Shown here in pieces: positions 63,183 through 64,000 of a DNA stretch of 64,000 bases. This DNA is from Octopus sinensis (lineage: Eukaryota): NCBI RefSeq assembly GCF_006345805.1, contig NC_043000.1, positions 159,588,001-159,652,000 of the forward strand, given 5' to 3'. Under the pieces are notes generated by a model, which was not told the origin of the DNA, did no database searches, and worked only from the letters and a program-made list of their open reading frames with translations. A program made the translations under genes and the position numbers. Positions within the stretch are counted from its first letter, which is position 1. The number at the start of each line of letters is the position of its first letter.

Positions 63183-64000
63183 CGAGGGACGTTCAATAAG
63201 TAATGCCTCTGACCCACTTGCAGTTGTTTGATCTAGCTGAAATTTTGCATGTGCAATTATTCATATCTCTATAGATTAAGTGGCAAATTACAGCTCTGAG
63301 CTAATTGTGGTTTCTGATTTACAGGTGTTTGAACTGAGTCAAGTGTGAAATGGAGCCTGTTGAGTGTCGAGCAGTGATCCGGTTTTTGTATTTGAAAGAA
63401 CGCACACCACAGGAGACTTTTGATGAAATAGAAGTAACTTATGGTGATGATGCCCCATTATATGACCTTGTAAAACGCTGGCATCGTGAATTCAAACATG
63501 GTCGGAACTCTGTAGAAACAGCTCCCAGATCTGGTCACCCCACTTCTGCCATTGATGAGGCATCTGTCCGTCAAGTTGAGGCTGCCATTTTGGAAGATCG
63601 ATGCATAACTATTCGCGAAATAGCCCATGAAGTCAAGATTAGTACCGGGTCTGTGGAAACTATCATTCATGACCATTTGCATATGCAAAAGGTGTCTGCC
63701 AGATGGATTCCCAGGTTGCTCATACCTTTCCAGAGCAAGAACGCGTCGAGTGCTCGAGGATGAATTTGGAGATGTGCCAAGAAGAGGAGTCAAAATTTTT
63801 CAAAAGACTGATTACACAGGATGAAACCTGGGTCCATCACTATGATTCAGAGACCAAATCCCAGTCAATGCAGTGGAAGCACCGTGACTCACCTCCTCCA
63901 AAGAAGGCAAGGGTGCAGCCCTCTGCTGGCAAGGTCATGCTCACAGTCTTCTGGGACCAGGACGGAGTAGTGATGACAGATTTCCTGACAAAGGGTACCA
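63183..64000 (+). mobile_element. Mariner element, extends past the window end
   Basis: TA|CGAGGGACGTTCAATAAGTAATGCC TIR; transposase starts at 63350. Confidence 0.92.
63350..64000 (+). pseudogene. Mariner transposase with one frameshift at ~63733
   Basis: HTH region MEPVECRAVIRFLYLK...KVSARWIPRLL; after a 1-nt shift ...LITQDETWVHHYD...KVMLTVFWD (WVPRLL-like motif and first catalytic D). Confidence 0.9.

Overview
AT-rich eukaryotic, repeat-dominated DNA. The SINE families, the (TA)n/(CA)n density and the transposon relics match my recollection of Octopus (coleoid cephalopod) genomes; this is an inference, not a database match. I cannot confidently identify a host protein-coding gene, and most long ORFs in the track come from microsatellites. 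Supported content: three abundant retroposon families (labelled A, B and C here), V-domain and RTE-tailed tRNA SINEs, non-autonomous Helitrons, hAT- and Merlin-like MITEs with TSDs, Tc1/maT/mariner transposase relics (one nearly intact mariner at the right edge), a CR1-type LINE 3' end, and a Penelope-like GIY-YIG fragment with a decayed hammerhead-like motif. The most interesting pattern is in SINE family B. It has two alternative tails, and most TSD-bearing copies sit at sites that begin with the last bases of their own tail (GGTA for the long tail, (G)AAT for the short tail). Because B also carries GGTATTT internally, it appears to insert into itself, giving head-to-tail arrays with the same junction at three loci. 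Other highlights: 150-bp and ~690-bp direct duplications flanking chimeric insertions, a pri-miRNA-like 85-nt hairpin, two adjacent large palindromes, and a sharp drop in CpG density at ~35 kb that suggests a methylated gene body to the right.
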